Shown one piece after another: positions 1-12,600 of a stretch of 64,000 nucleotides of DNA. The DNA is from Phaeosaccion multiseriatum (taxonomy: Eukaryota; Protista; Ochrophyta, other classes). Under the pieces are notes generated by a model. It saw only the letters and a program-made list of their open reading frames with translations. It was not told the DNA's origin and did not search any database. The position numbers and the translations under genes were made by a program. Numbering within the stretch: position 1 is the stretch's first letter; every line of letters begins with the position of its first letter. The stretch is taken from the NCBI GenBank assembly GCA_965112735.1, contig OZ218954.1, forward strand, positions 3,720,001-3,784,000, given 5' to 3'.

Positions 1-3000
1 TCTCGCTGCTCCTGTGTTAGCCTCACCTGTGTGTGAAGGGCGCGTCCTCCCCCCCGTCCTGCGGCGCTGTGTGATCTTCACTGTAGCCACGCCCCACAAA
101 CGTCATGCTGCGGACAGGCATATGGGCAGGGAGGAAGAGAGAGAGGCAGGCAGGGAGACAAGAGAAAGAGAGGGAGGGAAACAGAGTGGAGAGTGTGTGA
201 GAGAGAGAGGGAGGGAGGACACACAATGGGGGGGTGGACCTATGTCTACCTCGACTCTATCTCTGTGTCGCTGCCCCCCCGTCCCGCTGACTTACGCGAA
301 GCTGGCCCCCTCTAGCTGCTCTTGCGAGGGCCCCTCCTCGCTGAACACCCCATTGGAGAAGAGCCCCACGTGATTGAGCAGCAGAGAGCGGCCCCTTTCG
401 CTCTTGGCGAGCAGGGAGAAGACTGAGCCGAACAAGGCAACCTTCAGGGCTGCGGTGAAGCTCTGATGGCATCGGGCAGGCGTATGGGCAGGCGTATGTT
501 GTGCACGGGTATGGGCAGGCGTATGGGCAGGCGGTCAGCGCTTGCGATTGGGGCGAAAACGAAGGAAGGAAGGAAGGAAGGAAGGAAGGAAGGAAGGAAG
601 GAAGGAAGGAAGGAAGGAAGGAAAGACATAGGAGCAGTCCGTACTTGCCTAAGTTGCTTACTTACCGGTACAGTGAAGAAGGCTCCGTAGTAGGGACAGA
701 GGCGCTTGGCCTGGTGCTCTCCCAAGTGCTGCGTGAGACTCGCCTGACTGCTCCGCACCACAGCAGCGTCCGCACCCGGGAACTTGAACAAGTACGCGCC
801 TGGTACCTGATCCAGGGGGGGGGGAGGGAGGGAGGGAGGGAGGGAGGGAGGGAGGGAGGGAGGGAGGGAGGGAGGCTCCATTCAAGCACCATGCACCGAC
901 AGTCATCCCTCAACTACTCCTTTTTTCACTCCTCGCCCCTCACCTCCCATCCATCCAGCCATCCCAAACCGATCCCTCAACCCTCACCGCTGACCATCCA
1001 CTGCCATCCCTACCTTAACATCCACAGCTACAATGTATCCCTTCCCAATGCCATCCACTGCCATTCCCTACGTTTCCTTACCTGTGCGTCAGTCACCTTG
1101 GAGGGGCGGCTTGGAAAGTTTGGTCTGCGCAGAGGGGGAGGGGGCTTGGGCTTCAGCTGATTGGGCTTCAGGCGATACCCAACCAGACACACAACCAACA
1201 AGCGGACAATTCCCATGGGAGCACGGGGCTCTCTCGTCTCCCTCTCCCTCCTCCTTCTCCTTCCCTCTCCCTTACACACTCCTCTCCCTCCTTCTCCTTC
1301 CCTCTCCCTTACACACTCCTCTCCCTCCTCCTTCTCCTTCCCTCTCCCTTACACACTCCTCTCCCTCCTCCTTCTCCTTCCCTCTCTCTCTCCTCCTCTC
1401 TTCCTCCTTCTCCTTCTCCTTCCCTCTCTCTCTCTCTCTCTCTCCTCCTCTCCTTCTCCTTCTCCTTCTCTCTCTCCTCTCCTTCTCCTTCCCTCTCTCT
1501 CTCTCTCCTCCTCTCCTTCTCCTTCCCCCTCCTTCTCCTTCCCCCTCCCTCTCGGTGCGATGGTCCCCACGCACTCACTCACTTCGGGCCCGTCACTCAC
1601 TCACTGACTCACTCACTCACCTCGGCCCCGTTCTGGGGATGGCAGGTGCTTGAGGGTACTTTTCTCTGAGCTCCGCCCTCACTCGCTTAAGGTCTTTAAC
1701 CGCTCCGAACCCGTGCACAGCGGCCTACCCACACACATACATCCACGCACGTACACACATACACACGCACACACACGCACACACACATCCACGTACACAC
1801 ACACACGCACACACACACACGCACACACGCACATACACACGCACACACACATACCCAAACACACACACCCGCACACACATACACACATACCCCGACACAC
1901 ACATGCACACATACACACACCCACATGCACGCACGCAAGCAAGGGAGTGGGGCGGGGGTTTGGGGGGATTGGGGAAGAGTGGAGGGACCCCCGGGGCTTA
2001 CATACATTACATTACACTACACACACTCGCGGGGACACACACACGCAGGAAAAGCGCCAAAGGAAAGCCAAGCGGCCTAAGCAGCACAGCAATGTACAGC
2101 ACTGCGCACACGCAAATGGGCACATCCTATACTCGACTTTATGTAAGCGTATGTAAGCCGTACTGTATGCCATACCTGGAAGGTAGTGGCGTTGGCGACC
2201 AGACCGTGCGGGCCCACCTCAAAACTGAGGAAGCTCTCCACAGAGCTCACAATGCCGAGGGGGCCGAACTGCTGGCACAAGAACACCGTCCCTGACCAGC
2301 AGTTGGTGGTACAGTACAGCAGTTGGTGGTACAGTGCATGTAGTTGGTGATACTGCAGCAGCAGCTACGCCTCTCCCTCCCCTCCCCGCCCGCCCGCCCG
2401 CAACATGAACTCGGGAGATGGCACTAGGCGGAAGTGATATCCACGCACTCAAGCACTCAAGCCCTCACGCACTCACGCACACACGCACACACTCACTCAC
2501 CGAGGTCCGCGGGGACTGAGTCGAAGGCGCAGGCATGGATCACGAGCACGCCTGCGGCCTCTGCCTGCAGCGGGAAGACCCGAGACGCATATGGGCAGGG
2601 CAGGGGTGGTGAGGCAGAGAGAGGCATATGGGCACTGCACCCCCGCAGCAAGAGGGTGCCCTCTTAAGTCAGCAAGAGGGTGCCCTCCTAAGTCAGCAAC
2701 AGGGTGCCCTCCTAAGTCAGCAACAGGGTGCCCTCCTAAGTTAAGCACCTCTCAAGAGCCCCAGGAACAGCTCCATCGCCTCGCCTGGTTCCCTTCAACA
2801 ACCCCACACCGCTCACCTGGTCTCCGAGCTTGAGCTTGATTCTGTCCATGAACTCGGGCTCTCCGCACAGGTCCATGTAGTCCGTGCCGCTGTGTGTGCG
2901 CGCGCGTGTGTGTGCGTGTGTGTGCGTGTGTGTGTGCGAGTGAGTGTGTGTGCGTGAATGTGTGTGCGTATGCCTGGGTAAAATGAGACGAGTGCGTACC

Positions 3001-4020
3001 TGCCTGTACATGCTCTCCCTTCACTCTCTCTTCTCTTTCTCGTTCTCCCATCTTCTCCGTACTTTCCTCTCTCTCTCCTTCTGTCTCCCCTCTCTCTCTC
3101 TCTCCTCTCTCTTTCTCCCCCGGTGTGAGGGCGTACCTGTCTATACATGCGTGCACCACGGGTTCGCCGAGGAAGCGGTATGGGCCTGTACAGTTGAGCA
3201 GCAGGCGACACCGAGAGACCACCTTACACCAGGGGGAAAGGGAGAAGAGAGAAAGCGAGAGACAGAGAGGAAGAGCGAGAGAGGAAGAGAGAGGAGAGAA
3301 GATGAGGGGGAGAGAGAGGAAGAGAGAGGAGAGGAGAGGGACAGAGAGAGGTCAACAGAGATGGGGAGGAGGAGGGGGTAGAGGAGGAAGAGGAGGAAGA
3401 GAGAACGCCGAGTGGATGGCATGAGGAGGGTGCGAAGACGAGAGACCAGGAGGGATACACGCCACTTGCGCATCTCAGCATCTCGCGCCTGTGCACGAGG
3501 CCCGTCCCACTTACCTCCCTGAGCTGTGCGTCATCGAAGTTGTCCACCTCGAACACCATCTGCGGCTGCTGGAGGCCCTCCTCCCTCAGCCGGGAAAGCA
3601 GGAGACTCTCCATGCGGTCTCTTCGGCGGCCTGCAGGAGGGACGGGCCAGCGAGGGGCCAGGAGGGGTCAGCGAGGGAGGTCATGGCAGCAATAGAGGAA
3701 GAGGAAGGGGGGGGGGGAAAGCATTGGAGAAAAGGCACCGCTGTTAGAAGACATAGTCCCGCTCTGTGATGCCAGCACCCTCCTCTGCCTCCCCATCCAC
3801 CCTCCTCTTCTTCTTCCTCCTCCTCCTCCTCCTCCTCCTCCTCCTCCTCCTCCTTGTACTTTACTATTACTACTCTACTAATCCACGTACCTGCAATGCC
3901 CCAGCTGAGCTCCTCGCTGCCGCCCTTGCTGCTCTTTATCTGGCGGGCCAGGTGGAGACAGACTTGCACCCCAGTGAACCCGCTCGCTCCCAGGACGATG
4001 ACATCGAGCTCTCGCGCCAT
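1..4020 (-). CDS. SCCPDH: Saccharopine dehydrogenase-like oxidoreductase; at least 11 exons, 3' end runs off the window
   Basis: Exons joined at GT-AG sites give the Rossmann motif [17 protein letters not shown] (3891-4020), then [59 protein letters not shown] and [13 protein letters not shown], all typical of the family. Confidence 0.9.
2651..2740. repeat. Intronic minisatellite, ~4 x 24 bp (AAGAGGGTGCCCTCCTAAGTCAGC)
   Basis: Direct tandem copies visible in the sequence. Confidence 0.9.
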
Positions 4021-4315
4021 AACCCCAAGCACCATTAAAGGAAGAAGAAGAACGCGAAGGAGGAGCTAGAAGTTGGCCGAGTTGGTTCTCCACGCCAAAG
4101 AATCGTCGCCAAATCTTGATCATTTCCGCGGGCCCCACACCAACGGGCACGACGATCGATTCGACACAGGATCCTGGCTGGTATCAACTTTGTGCCGATG
4201 GGGAGAACTGACGACGGAGGGATACGACCTCGGGGGCGGGGCGGTGAGCCATTACTTTTAGACAATCATAGATGGCACTTAAGGGAAAGAAAGGGTCTTC
4301 CTGGTTCGCTAAATG

Positions 4316-6006
4316 CTAGGGGTCCTCCCTGCTTCGCTTCCTCGGCGGTTCCTTGTCCGCCTCCTTGCCCAGCTCGAAGCCGTACAGAGTCATGAGCGCC
4401 TTCACCTCCCTCGACATGGCCTCGATGCAGAAAAAGCCCGCTGCCTGCAGAGCTTCCTGCTTCGCTCTCACCTCGTCAAACAGCTGCTGCTACTACTGCT
4501 GCCGCTGGTGCCACCCCACTCTCCGTGCTCAGCCTGACACGGCGCCCTCGGGTAAGCAGGCTCTTGACGCTACCCGTCGTGACGAACTGCACCACAGCCG
4601 CAAAGCCCTCCTCCGTAAAGTCCACTCCGTCAAACGTCACCTCCACTTCGTCCTTGGCCTTGCCCTGGATGCCCATGAAGCCACACCCCACCGGGTCCAG
4701 TATGGTGGGGAGACTGCCTGCAGCCGTGTCATGCCTGTCCGAGCCGTCAGAGCTCCCTCCCTCTCCCTCAGTCTTGTTCATCAGCAGCTCCATCAGAGGT
4801 ATGCTCAGTGTGTACTGCGCCTCCTTGCTCTGCCCCGTTGTCCTGTCTACCAAGCGCACTCGCACCACACGGCCCTCCTTGGCGGCCTCAGAGTAGGCAG
4901 AGCCGGAAGAGACATGTCGAGCTATGCAAACACCATCAGAAGCAATGCTTGCCGCCCGTTCTTCGCGCAAGAATGCGGCCACGACATCCCCACAATCGCT
5001 CTCCCCAGCCAAGGCCATGACTGACTTGGTGACGGCAGCGCCCATCTCCAGCAGGAGTGCCGACACTTTTTCCCTTCCCTCCTTCGATCCCGCAGATATG
5101 TGGACCGAACCAGGGCTGAAACGTTGTTGCCCTGTGGATGAGGTACATGCACACCATAAGGGGCTGAAGTCCTTGGTGGTCAGTGCGTCGACCTCAGCCC
5201 CAGCCTCCAACAGGAGGTACGCAAGCCTCATGCTGCCCAACGCCGCTGCCATGTGAAGGGGTGCAACGCCGCGGCCTTTCTTGGTGTTCACGTTGACTCC
5301 GGCCTCGATTAGCTGGGCAGCAATGTCTTCCTTCCTCCACTTCAACCTCCATTGCAAAGCCCTGTGGAGCGGCGTGTTGTTTTTGGAATCAACAGCGTCG
5401 AAAGAGGCCCCGAGGCGGATGAGCGCCCCAACACAGGTGGACCTGTCGCTCACAGCAGCGAGGTGAAGAGGATATACCTTACCTTGATACCAGCTCGTCG
5501 CGTCCACCGCCAGCCCTCGGCGGGCGAGGTCGTCAACGAATTATGATGACCTGAACAAGCGGCATGGTGCAGCAGAGATAAGCCGTTTTCCGTTCTTCAC
5601 GTTCACATCCGCTCCTCCCTCCAACAGCAAGGCCAGAACCTGCAATTTACCTCTGATGCTGGCCTTGCCCGCCCTGATGCCCTGCCTTGCTCACCCAAAA
5701 ACAGCAGTACAGGGCTGGTGTGAAACTACCCATGCTTCAACAAGTACGGCACGATCATAGGGTTACTTCCCTACGACGTACGGTCCCAACCGTCCATACT
5801 AGCAGCGGCAGCAAACCATGCCCTTGTAGTTTGTTCACATCTGCGCCATCCTCTGCGAGACCTGCTGCACCAAAGCGGCTATGAGCGGAGTTTTCGTTTT
5901 CCCATTCCTTCCTTCGTATCAACTCCTCTTCATCAACCTCCTCTCCTCCTCGCCTCGCACCAATGTCCAGCCCGCAGTCCTTCAGCAGCTTCACGTTCCC
6001 CCTCAT
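4316..6006 (-). pseudogene. Ankyrin-repeat protein with a C-terminal BTB/POZ-like domain; frame-disrupted (pseudogene or assembly errors)
   Basis: Ankyrin motifs YPLHLAA, NTPLHRAL, APLHMAAALG and FSPLWCAC lie in ORF 4476-5507. BTB-like segments are VDFTEEGFAAVVQFVTTG and, in another frame, LQAAGFFCIEAM..., ending at a TAG at 4316-4318. An in-frame TAA near 5542 and frame switches occur upstream. Confidence 0.7.
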
Positions 6007-6253
6007 CTCAGCTACAAAGAATGCGGCCGGGGACGAGAGAAATCCCTGACTTATTGGTGAAACGCTTGGTCGAGTTGGCAGGCCACTACGCGAGCAAAAG
6101 AACTCTGATCTTCCTACCCACGTCGACACGGTACGACCTCAGAGCTTCGGGAAAGAGGCTGCGGCTATCTTCTTGGCTACTCGGACAGGTGGAAGCGGCG
6201 GGAGGAGGGAGGAGCAGCTGAAAAAGAGCGGAGGGGGGGGCTTGGAGAGGGAC

Positions 6254-7577
6254 ATGTCGAGCACACGATCCAAGCGGCAAGAGATTGCTCGCCAGGCGCG
6301 GGAAGAGGGCTGGTGCCAGAGGAGCATAGTCCAGGGAGGGCCAAGGAAGGAGTACAATGCGCTTTACGACCCAAACATGAGGGTAAGTCGCCGGTCAGAG
6401 CTGCTTGATCAGAAGCCGCGAGAGGGGTGCTTGCTCTCTCCTTTATCCCCCCCTTCTCACGCATTCGCCCATCCATCTCCTCGCCTGCCCAAGGGTTTTT
6501 GGTCTTAGGAGACATCTCTTGAATACAGTTTTCTTCCTTCTCACCTTATGCCCTCCTCTTTTCCTTCGTTAGGGAGCCCCCCCTACCCCCCCGCTCACGC
6601 CCAGATGCTCTGTGCCCGCCTAGAGCATCCCCCTCTCGTTCTGCTGACCTCAAAGCAAGCTCACCTCTCCCTCCTCCTCCCACCCCCTCTTCCTCCCTCA
6701 CCCTCCTCCGTTCCTCCGTTCCTCCCCCCTCGCCTCCCTCCCCAGCACTATTTTGAGCACCCCTCTATCCAGAAGCACTTGCTACGTACGGGGCAGGTGG
6801 ACGGCAACGGCCGCGTCATCAACCAGGAGAGGGCCCGCAGTAAGCTCAGTATCATCGAGAAGGAGTTCCAGAGTGCGGAGCGGGCGGAGTGGCTGCGTGT
6901 GCGCGAGGAGCGGGAGGTGCGTGGGCGCGTGCAGGCCAAGCGGCACGAGGCCCTGGAGCTGTCGAGGAGGGACGAGCAGGTGGGTGGCCCTGTTGGTAAC
7001 ACAGGGGGGGGGGGGGGGTAGGGAGCATGTGCGGTGTTCAGTTTGGGTATTGAAAACTCCCTTCTCCCCTTTTCCCACCTGGGGGGCAAGGGTGGAGCGC
7101 TTGACTGCAGAGCAGAGTCACAACGCAACGCCCCCCGGGAGGATGTGATGTGAATGAAGTGGCGTCCCCCTCCAACCGTGGCCGGGGAAGCAGCAGCAGC
7201 AGCTCAGCAGCAGCAGCAGCAGCAGCACAGCGGTCTTTGCTCTGCGGCCCGCCACGAGGCCATGAGGCGATGATGCCGTGATGACTGAAGGGTGTTAGAT
7301 CGAATGAAGGGTGTTAGATCATGTGGTGAGAGGCCTCTCTCAGAGCTCTGGAGGGATGGCAAGGATCGTTTAGTGATGCCTTTCTCTCTTTTACACACGC
7401 ACTCCAGGTGTACGGAGGCTTATGGGGAGGGTGTTGTGAGGTGGGCTGAGGTCTGATGGTCTTGTTTGGAGGTCTAATGGTCATGCGAGCCATTCTCGGA
7501 CCTCTTCTCCGCGCTGCTCAGATGCCCCCCCAGTCACGAGCGACTCTATACTCTCTCTCCCCTCTCTCTCTCTCTCT

Positions 7578-7620
<43 letters not shown>

Positions 7621-8057
7621 ACTCTCTCTCCTTCTCTCTCTCTTTCTCTCTCGTATATCTCGCAGCTAATGCCCAGAATGCTCTCTGCCTCCTTCCCCGT
7701 AATGCACCGCTCTGACCCCTCACCCTCCCACAGGCGCAGCGAGTGAAAGAGGACCGAGCGATCAGGGAGGCCCTTATCCACGCCAACACCACGCTGTTCA
7801 GAGCCTCCGTCACCTCCACAGGGGGCAAGGGGAAGGGGAAGGGGCAGCAACGCACACGGCGGCGCTCCAGGCACACGAGGCAGCAGCAGCAGGGGGGAGA
7901 GGGGGAGGAGGGGCGGGAGGGGGGCGAGGACGAGGAGGAGGCGGGCAGCTGGCGGGCATTAGGCGACCATCTCAGTCTCGGTAGCGCAGACGGGGGGGCG
8001 GGGGCGGTGGCCAACGGCTTCTCTCCTTCCCCGACGCCCGTGAGTCAACGCGGCTGA
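6254..8057 (+). CDS. ERICH3 N-terminal-domain-like protein (putatively ciliary); exons 6254-6382, 6746-6979, 7734-8057
   Basis: The spliced product reads EYNALYDPNMR|HYFEHPSIQKHLLRTGQVDGNGRVI. This resembles the ERICH3 N-terminal motif as I recall it (YNSLxDxHL.GYF....RRHLLRSG.I...GRI). Canonical splice sites keep the frame. Confidence 0.65.
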
Positions 8058-8933
8058 GAGGGGCCAAGGAGAAGCAAGGAGACAACAGATTTGGCTGCTC
8101 CAGCCAGGGCAAGCAAGACGAACAAGATACCGCTCCCCTGCTGGCAGGGCAAGAGGCTTGGGTTGGATTGAAGCTGGTCTGAGACGCGCGCCAGCCGCAA
8201 GAACATTAATAGCATATGCTTAGAATTAGTGAGAGGCTAGTGGTCACGCAGCCGTAGCACATCACACAGCCGTCGTATGGAGAACACAATAGCAAGAAAA
8301 GTGTATGTACGAGCTTCGGATAGTTCAGAAGGTTCGGGAGGCAAGGTGCCAGACACTTGCCGGGGGCTAGCAAGGGCTGCACAGCTAGGGCTGCACTTCA
8401 ACCTCTGTCGCCCCGCTTCTCTTCTCATTCTCTTAAAGAGGAAGGTGGGTGGGCAGCCCATGGGAAGGATGTGTGCGTATGTATATGTACGCATCGGTAC
8501 CTACATGGATGGAACGTGGGTGCGTGGGTATTTTTTTGGGATCTTTTCTTACTGCTCATTGTGAGAGACAACGGACGGCATAACCCAAAAACTGGAATAA
8601 TAGGGTAGGGTATCGACAATGGTACTAGCTAGTACGATTGGGAGTTCCCCTTGGTGTCGAGAGAGAGAGTTTTCTCCACGACTAGCTACCCTGGCTGCGG
8701 GGCAAAACTATTCGAACTCAGACGGATGGAGAGTATTGCTGCTATAGCTGAGGTCCCCCAACAGTTGATGAGTTGGAATTTCCGCTTTGTATGAACAGTT
8801 ATTCATTTACACGCACGCACGCGCACACATGACACACACACACACACACACACACACAACGCACAGACACTCACACACATCCTCGCCGACACACCTCACT
8901 GTGTGTGTGGCTGGTGGGCGGGTGTCAGGAGAG

Positions 8934-9117
8934 TCGACCCCTGACACGCTATCGCCCACTTTCTCGATAGCGCGCTATCGGCCGGCGGCCGATAGCGAAT
9001 AGCGCGCCGGCTGGCGCCGGCCGATAGCGGATAGCGTGCCAGCTGATGCCGGCGATAGCGGATAGCGCGCTGGCTGGCGCCGGGATAGCGGATAGCGGAT
9101 AGCGTGTCAGGGGTCGA
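8934..9117. mobile_element. MITE-like non-autonomous DNA transposon, 184 bp
   Basis: Perfect 20-bp TIRs (TCGACCCCTGACACGCTATC / GATAGCGTGTCAGGGGTCGA) are flanked by the 7-bp direct repeat AGGAGAG at 8927-8933 and 9118-9124. The interior carries GATAGCG sub-repeats. Confidence 0.85.
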
Positions 9118-9605
9118 AGGAGAGAAGGACAGAGGGGGGAAGGGGGGAGGGCAGGATTTTTTTTTGGCGCGGAATCAAATTATTACTGGCTCATTGTGAG
9201 AGACAAAGGCCATAATACCCCCAACATGATGACATTGGAAAATCAATGCGACGTCTCGGAGCAGAAATTCAGTCAAAATTGAAAAAGAGTCCAGTTTGTC
9301 GTGGGGAGTTTAATTGAACTAAAAGTATTTTTGGCCTTTCTTCTTTTCCTCATGTGGGTTGGGTTTGCTCAGCGTCCAGCAGACTCAAGCCCGCATCCTT
9401 ACACCGACAAGATGCGAGGAGAAGCAGTAGCAGAGGAAGCTATGAGAGGAACAGGAGCTACCTGAGGAAGGACGGGCGTGTTGAGGCTGGAGAAGAAGAA
9501 GTAGTTGCGGACCTCTGCAGTGGCATACGCATTCCATTCCATCAGTGACGAAGGCCGACTTGCCCTGCGGAACGGCCCCTCGCAAGGCCCGGGCATAACC
9601 CTCCG

Positions 9606-12600
9606 ATGCTAACGATGCGCTCAGGGGCAGGATGGGGAGTGCTCGGGGCCTGCTTGTGGGCCCTCGTGCTCGCTCCGCTGGCCTCAGTTTGGGCGGCCCC
9701 CGAGCTTTGTTCTGAAGGCGGAGTGTACTATTTTGGAGGCGAGGACCGCAACGAGGCGCTGCAGTGGGCTCTGGTCACCAAGGACTACTTCGACGGGGGT
9801 GCCAGGTGGTGAGTTAGGGGAGGGATGTAGATTGGCGAGAGGCTACATGGTAGGGTAGTGTAGAAAGGTAGAAACGTGGCGTTCTCAACGACGGTGGAAT
9901 GGAGGAGCGGGGCGACCGAGCCGTGTATGAAGGACCTCACGAGGGAAGGGGCTCCAGGAGGAGGCAGGGAGGTGCCTTGGACTGGACCTGCCACTGCTGC
10001 GGACAGACTCAGTATGTGTTGACTGATCGGGAGGGGTGGGAAAAATCTCTCTTTTCCGCTTCCTTCCTGCGCTCATTCATGCCCCTCCCTTCTCCTCGCA
10101 ATTGGCTCCTCCCCACGTGCACGCGTGCCTCCATTCAACACTCAGGTATGTCAAGCTGCAATTGGCCTACGGGGAAGAAACGTGGCAGAACAACCCTTAC
10201 ATTGACCAGGTGGGTGGGTAGGTGGGTGGATGGGTGGGTGGGTGGGTGGATGGGTGGGTGGGTGGATGGGTGGGTGCGCTGGTTTAGGATAGGTTGAGAG
10301 GGTATCGCAGCTAGTTCGGTGCGGTGATGTTAGCTGGATGCTGTTATTGCCCCTCCTCTTCCATGCCCCCCCCTCCCCCCTGGAGCTGCCAAAGTCTCTC
10401 CTGCGTTATACCGGCGGTCATACAATAACGATAGCAATGGCAGTCAATGGCAGCTGTCTCTACCTCGACCTCCCCCCTCTCCCCCTCTACTCTGCTCACA
10501 TGCCTCCCTCCCCTCTGTCTCCTCCCTTCTCTCCTCCGCGCCTCCGCCCTTCCACCCCGTGTCGTTACGCCTCCATCAGGTGTACATAGACATGCTGGAC
10601 CCCGCCACGGGAGAGTGGGAAGAGATGTTCAGCTGGATGGCGGACTACACCGCGTATACCAGAACAGAGCTCATGTAAGTTGTGCAGCCATACCCCCCCC
10701 TCGACGCATTCCTTCATCCACTACCATCCCCCAGTCGACACGCTCTGACATGTGCACCCCACCCACTGCCATCTCCATTCACTGCCATCCGTGGAGCAGG
10801 TTTGACGGGCGAACGGAGCCCAACGACGAGCGCTACGCCTCCATGGAGACCCTGACCTTTCGCGTGCGCTTCGTTGACGAGGACTCCACGGACTGCCCCA
10901 CAGGATACACCACGGTGAGTCAGGGGGGTGAGTCATGGGGGTGAGCTATCCGCGAGAGAGGACACAGGGCACCGACAAGACATGAGAAGAGCTCGAGAAG
11001 AGCGAGGTCACCGAGGTCATCCCCCCACCCACACAATTGACGAAGAGTATTAGAGCGAAGTTACCGACAAGATTCCATTTTTCTTGTTCCCCGCCTCCTC
11101 ACTCCCTCTCTCACCCCCTCTTCCCGTCTCCTCTTCCCCCGCTCAGCCCATCACCATGGGGCACTACACATTCGTGTGGGGAGGGGACAACTACTCCAAT
11201 GTCGCCAACCCTCTCCTTTCCGTACCACCAAGTGTCCCCCCCGGGTGGCTGTCCAGCGGCAGTCCTGACACCGATGAGTGTCTGGCAGGAGGGGCCTACA
11301 GCGAACTGAGAGACGCACCCCCCGAGGAGTGGCTTGAGGCAGTCATGGCCACGAAGCTCTGCGACTGTCGCTGGCAGGTAAGAAAGAAGGAAGGCCTTCT
11401 TTTCTCCATATGGCTTGCCTTGCCCATACGCTTGCCTGCATGATTGGATAGGGGCTGGTGCCGCAGGAAAGCCCCCCCCCCCACCCCAGCATATCATGTT
11501 CTCACTCCCCCTGCCCATCCACTGCCATCCCCACCCCCCAGATTGAGGTGTGGCTGCGGCCGGACAACATTTTGCTGCTCGACAACCCCTACTTGGACTT
11601 CTTTTCTTTCCGCCTGCCCAACCCGTCCGGCTACGGCCAGTACACTCGCCTCGCCATGCACTACATCGGCAGCGCCTACTCCACGGCCATCACCAGGCAG
11701 TACGACTGCGGCATGGAGGTGTTGCCCCTGGTAAGGAAGGAAGGAAGGAAGGATGGCACTGTATGGAGGGTTACAGAGATCGCGCGGCATGGAGGTCTTG
11801 TCCATTCTTGAGGAGGGTTAGGCAAGTATTCTGCGGTTAGGCAAGTATTCTGCGGTTAGGCAAGTATTCTGCGGTTAGACAAGTACTCTGCGGTTAGGCA
11901 AGTATTCTGCGGTCAGACCAGTATTCTGCGGTTAGGCAAGTATTCTGCGGTTAGACAAGTATTCTGCGGTTAGGCAAGTATTTTGCGGTTAGGCAAGTAT
12001 TTTGCGGTTAGGCAAGTATTCTTCGGTTAGGCAAGTATTCTTCGGTTAGGCAAGTACTCTGCGGCAGCGGTCTCTGGCTTTGTCTTTGTCCGACTCAACG
12101 TGGCCCAACTTGACTGTCTGAGCTCAGTTATATTTTCTCCTCCCCTCCCCTCCCCCGTATAACCAACAGGACCACCTGCTGTTCTTCGACGAGTTCGACT
12201 CCCGCGAGGGCTTCATCGACGCGACCACGTCGTGCACTGCCTTCCCTGTGCAGCAAGACAACTTCTGCCTCAGGGACGGGGTGCGCTACCAGGGGGCCAA
12301 CGACTTCACAGGTCAGTCACTTTGTTGGCTTAGTCTGTTTGTTAGCTAAAATATAATCAGTTTGTGGTTAGCTTTGTCAGTTTGTTAGCTTAGTCCGTGG
12401 ATCTGGCTGGGCTCCTCATTTTTTTCATCTCTCTCACTTTTCAATGACTGCCTGCTGGGTGGGCTTTTGAGTGGGGCTCCGTGAATGGAGCCTTCTATAC
12501 TGGAACTGAACAAGCTGAACATACCCACGCCATCACCAACACACCATCGCACTTTGTGTTTTTTCCTTTTCAGACACGGTACAGGCCGAGTGCAGCAGCG

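Noticed and set aside
1033-2156. ORFs made of SL/ER/HT/CV dipeptides here and in many other introns
   Set aside because: They are translations of intronic microsatellites.
11815-12062. CRISPR-like appearance of regular repeats (also 37864-37965, 31790-32030, 48442-48592)
   Set aside because: The units are contiguous without unique spacers, there are no cas genes, and the context is eukaryotic intronic or intergenic DNA.
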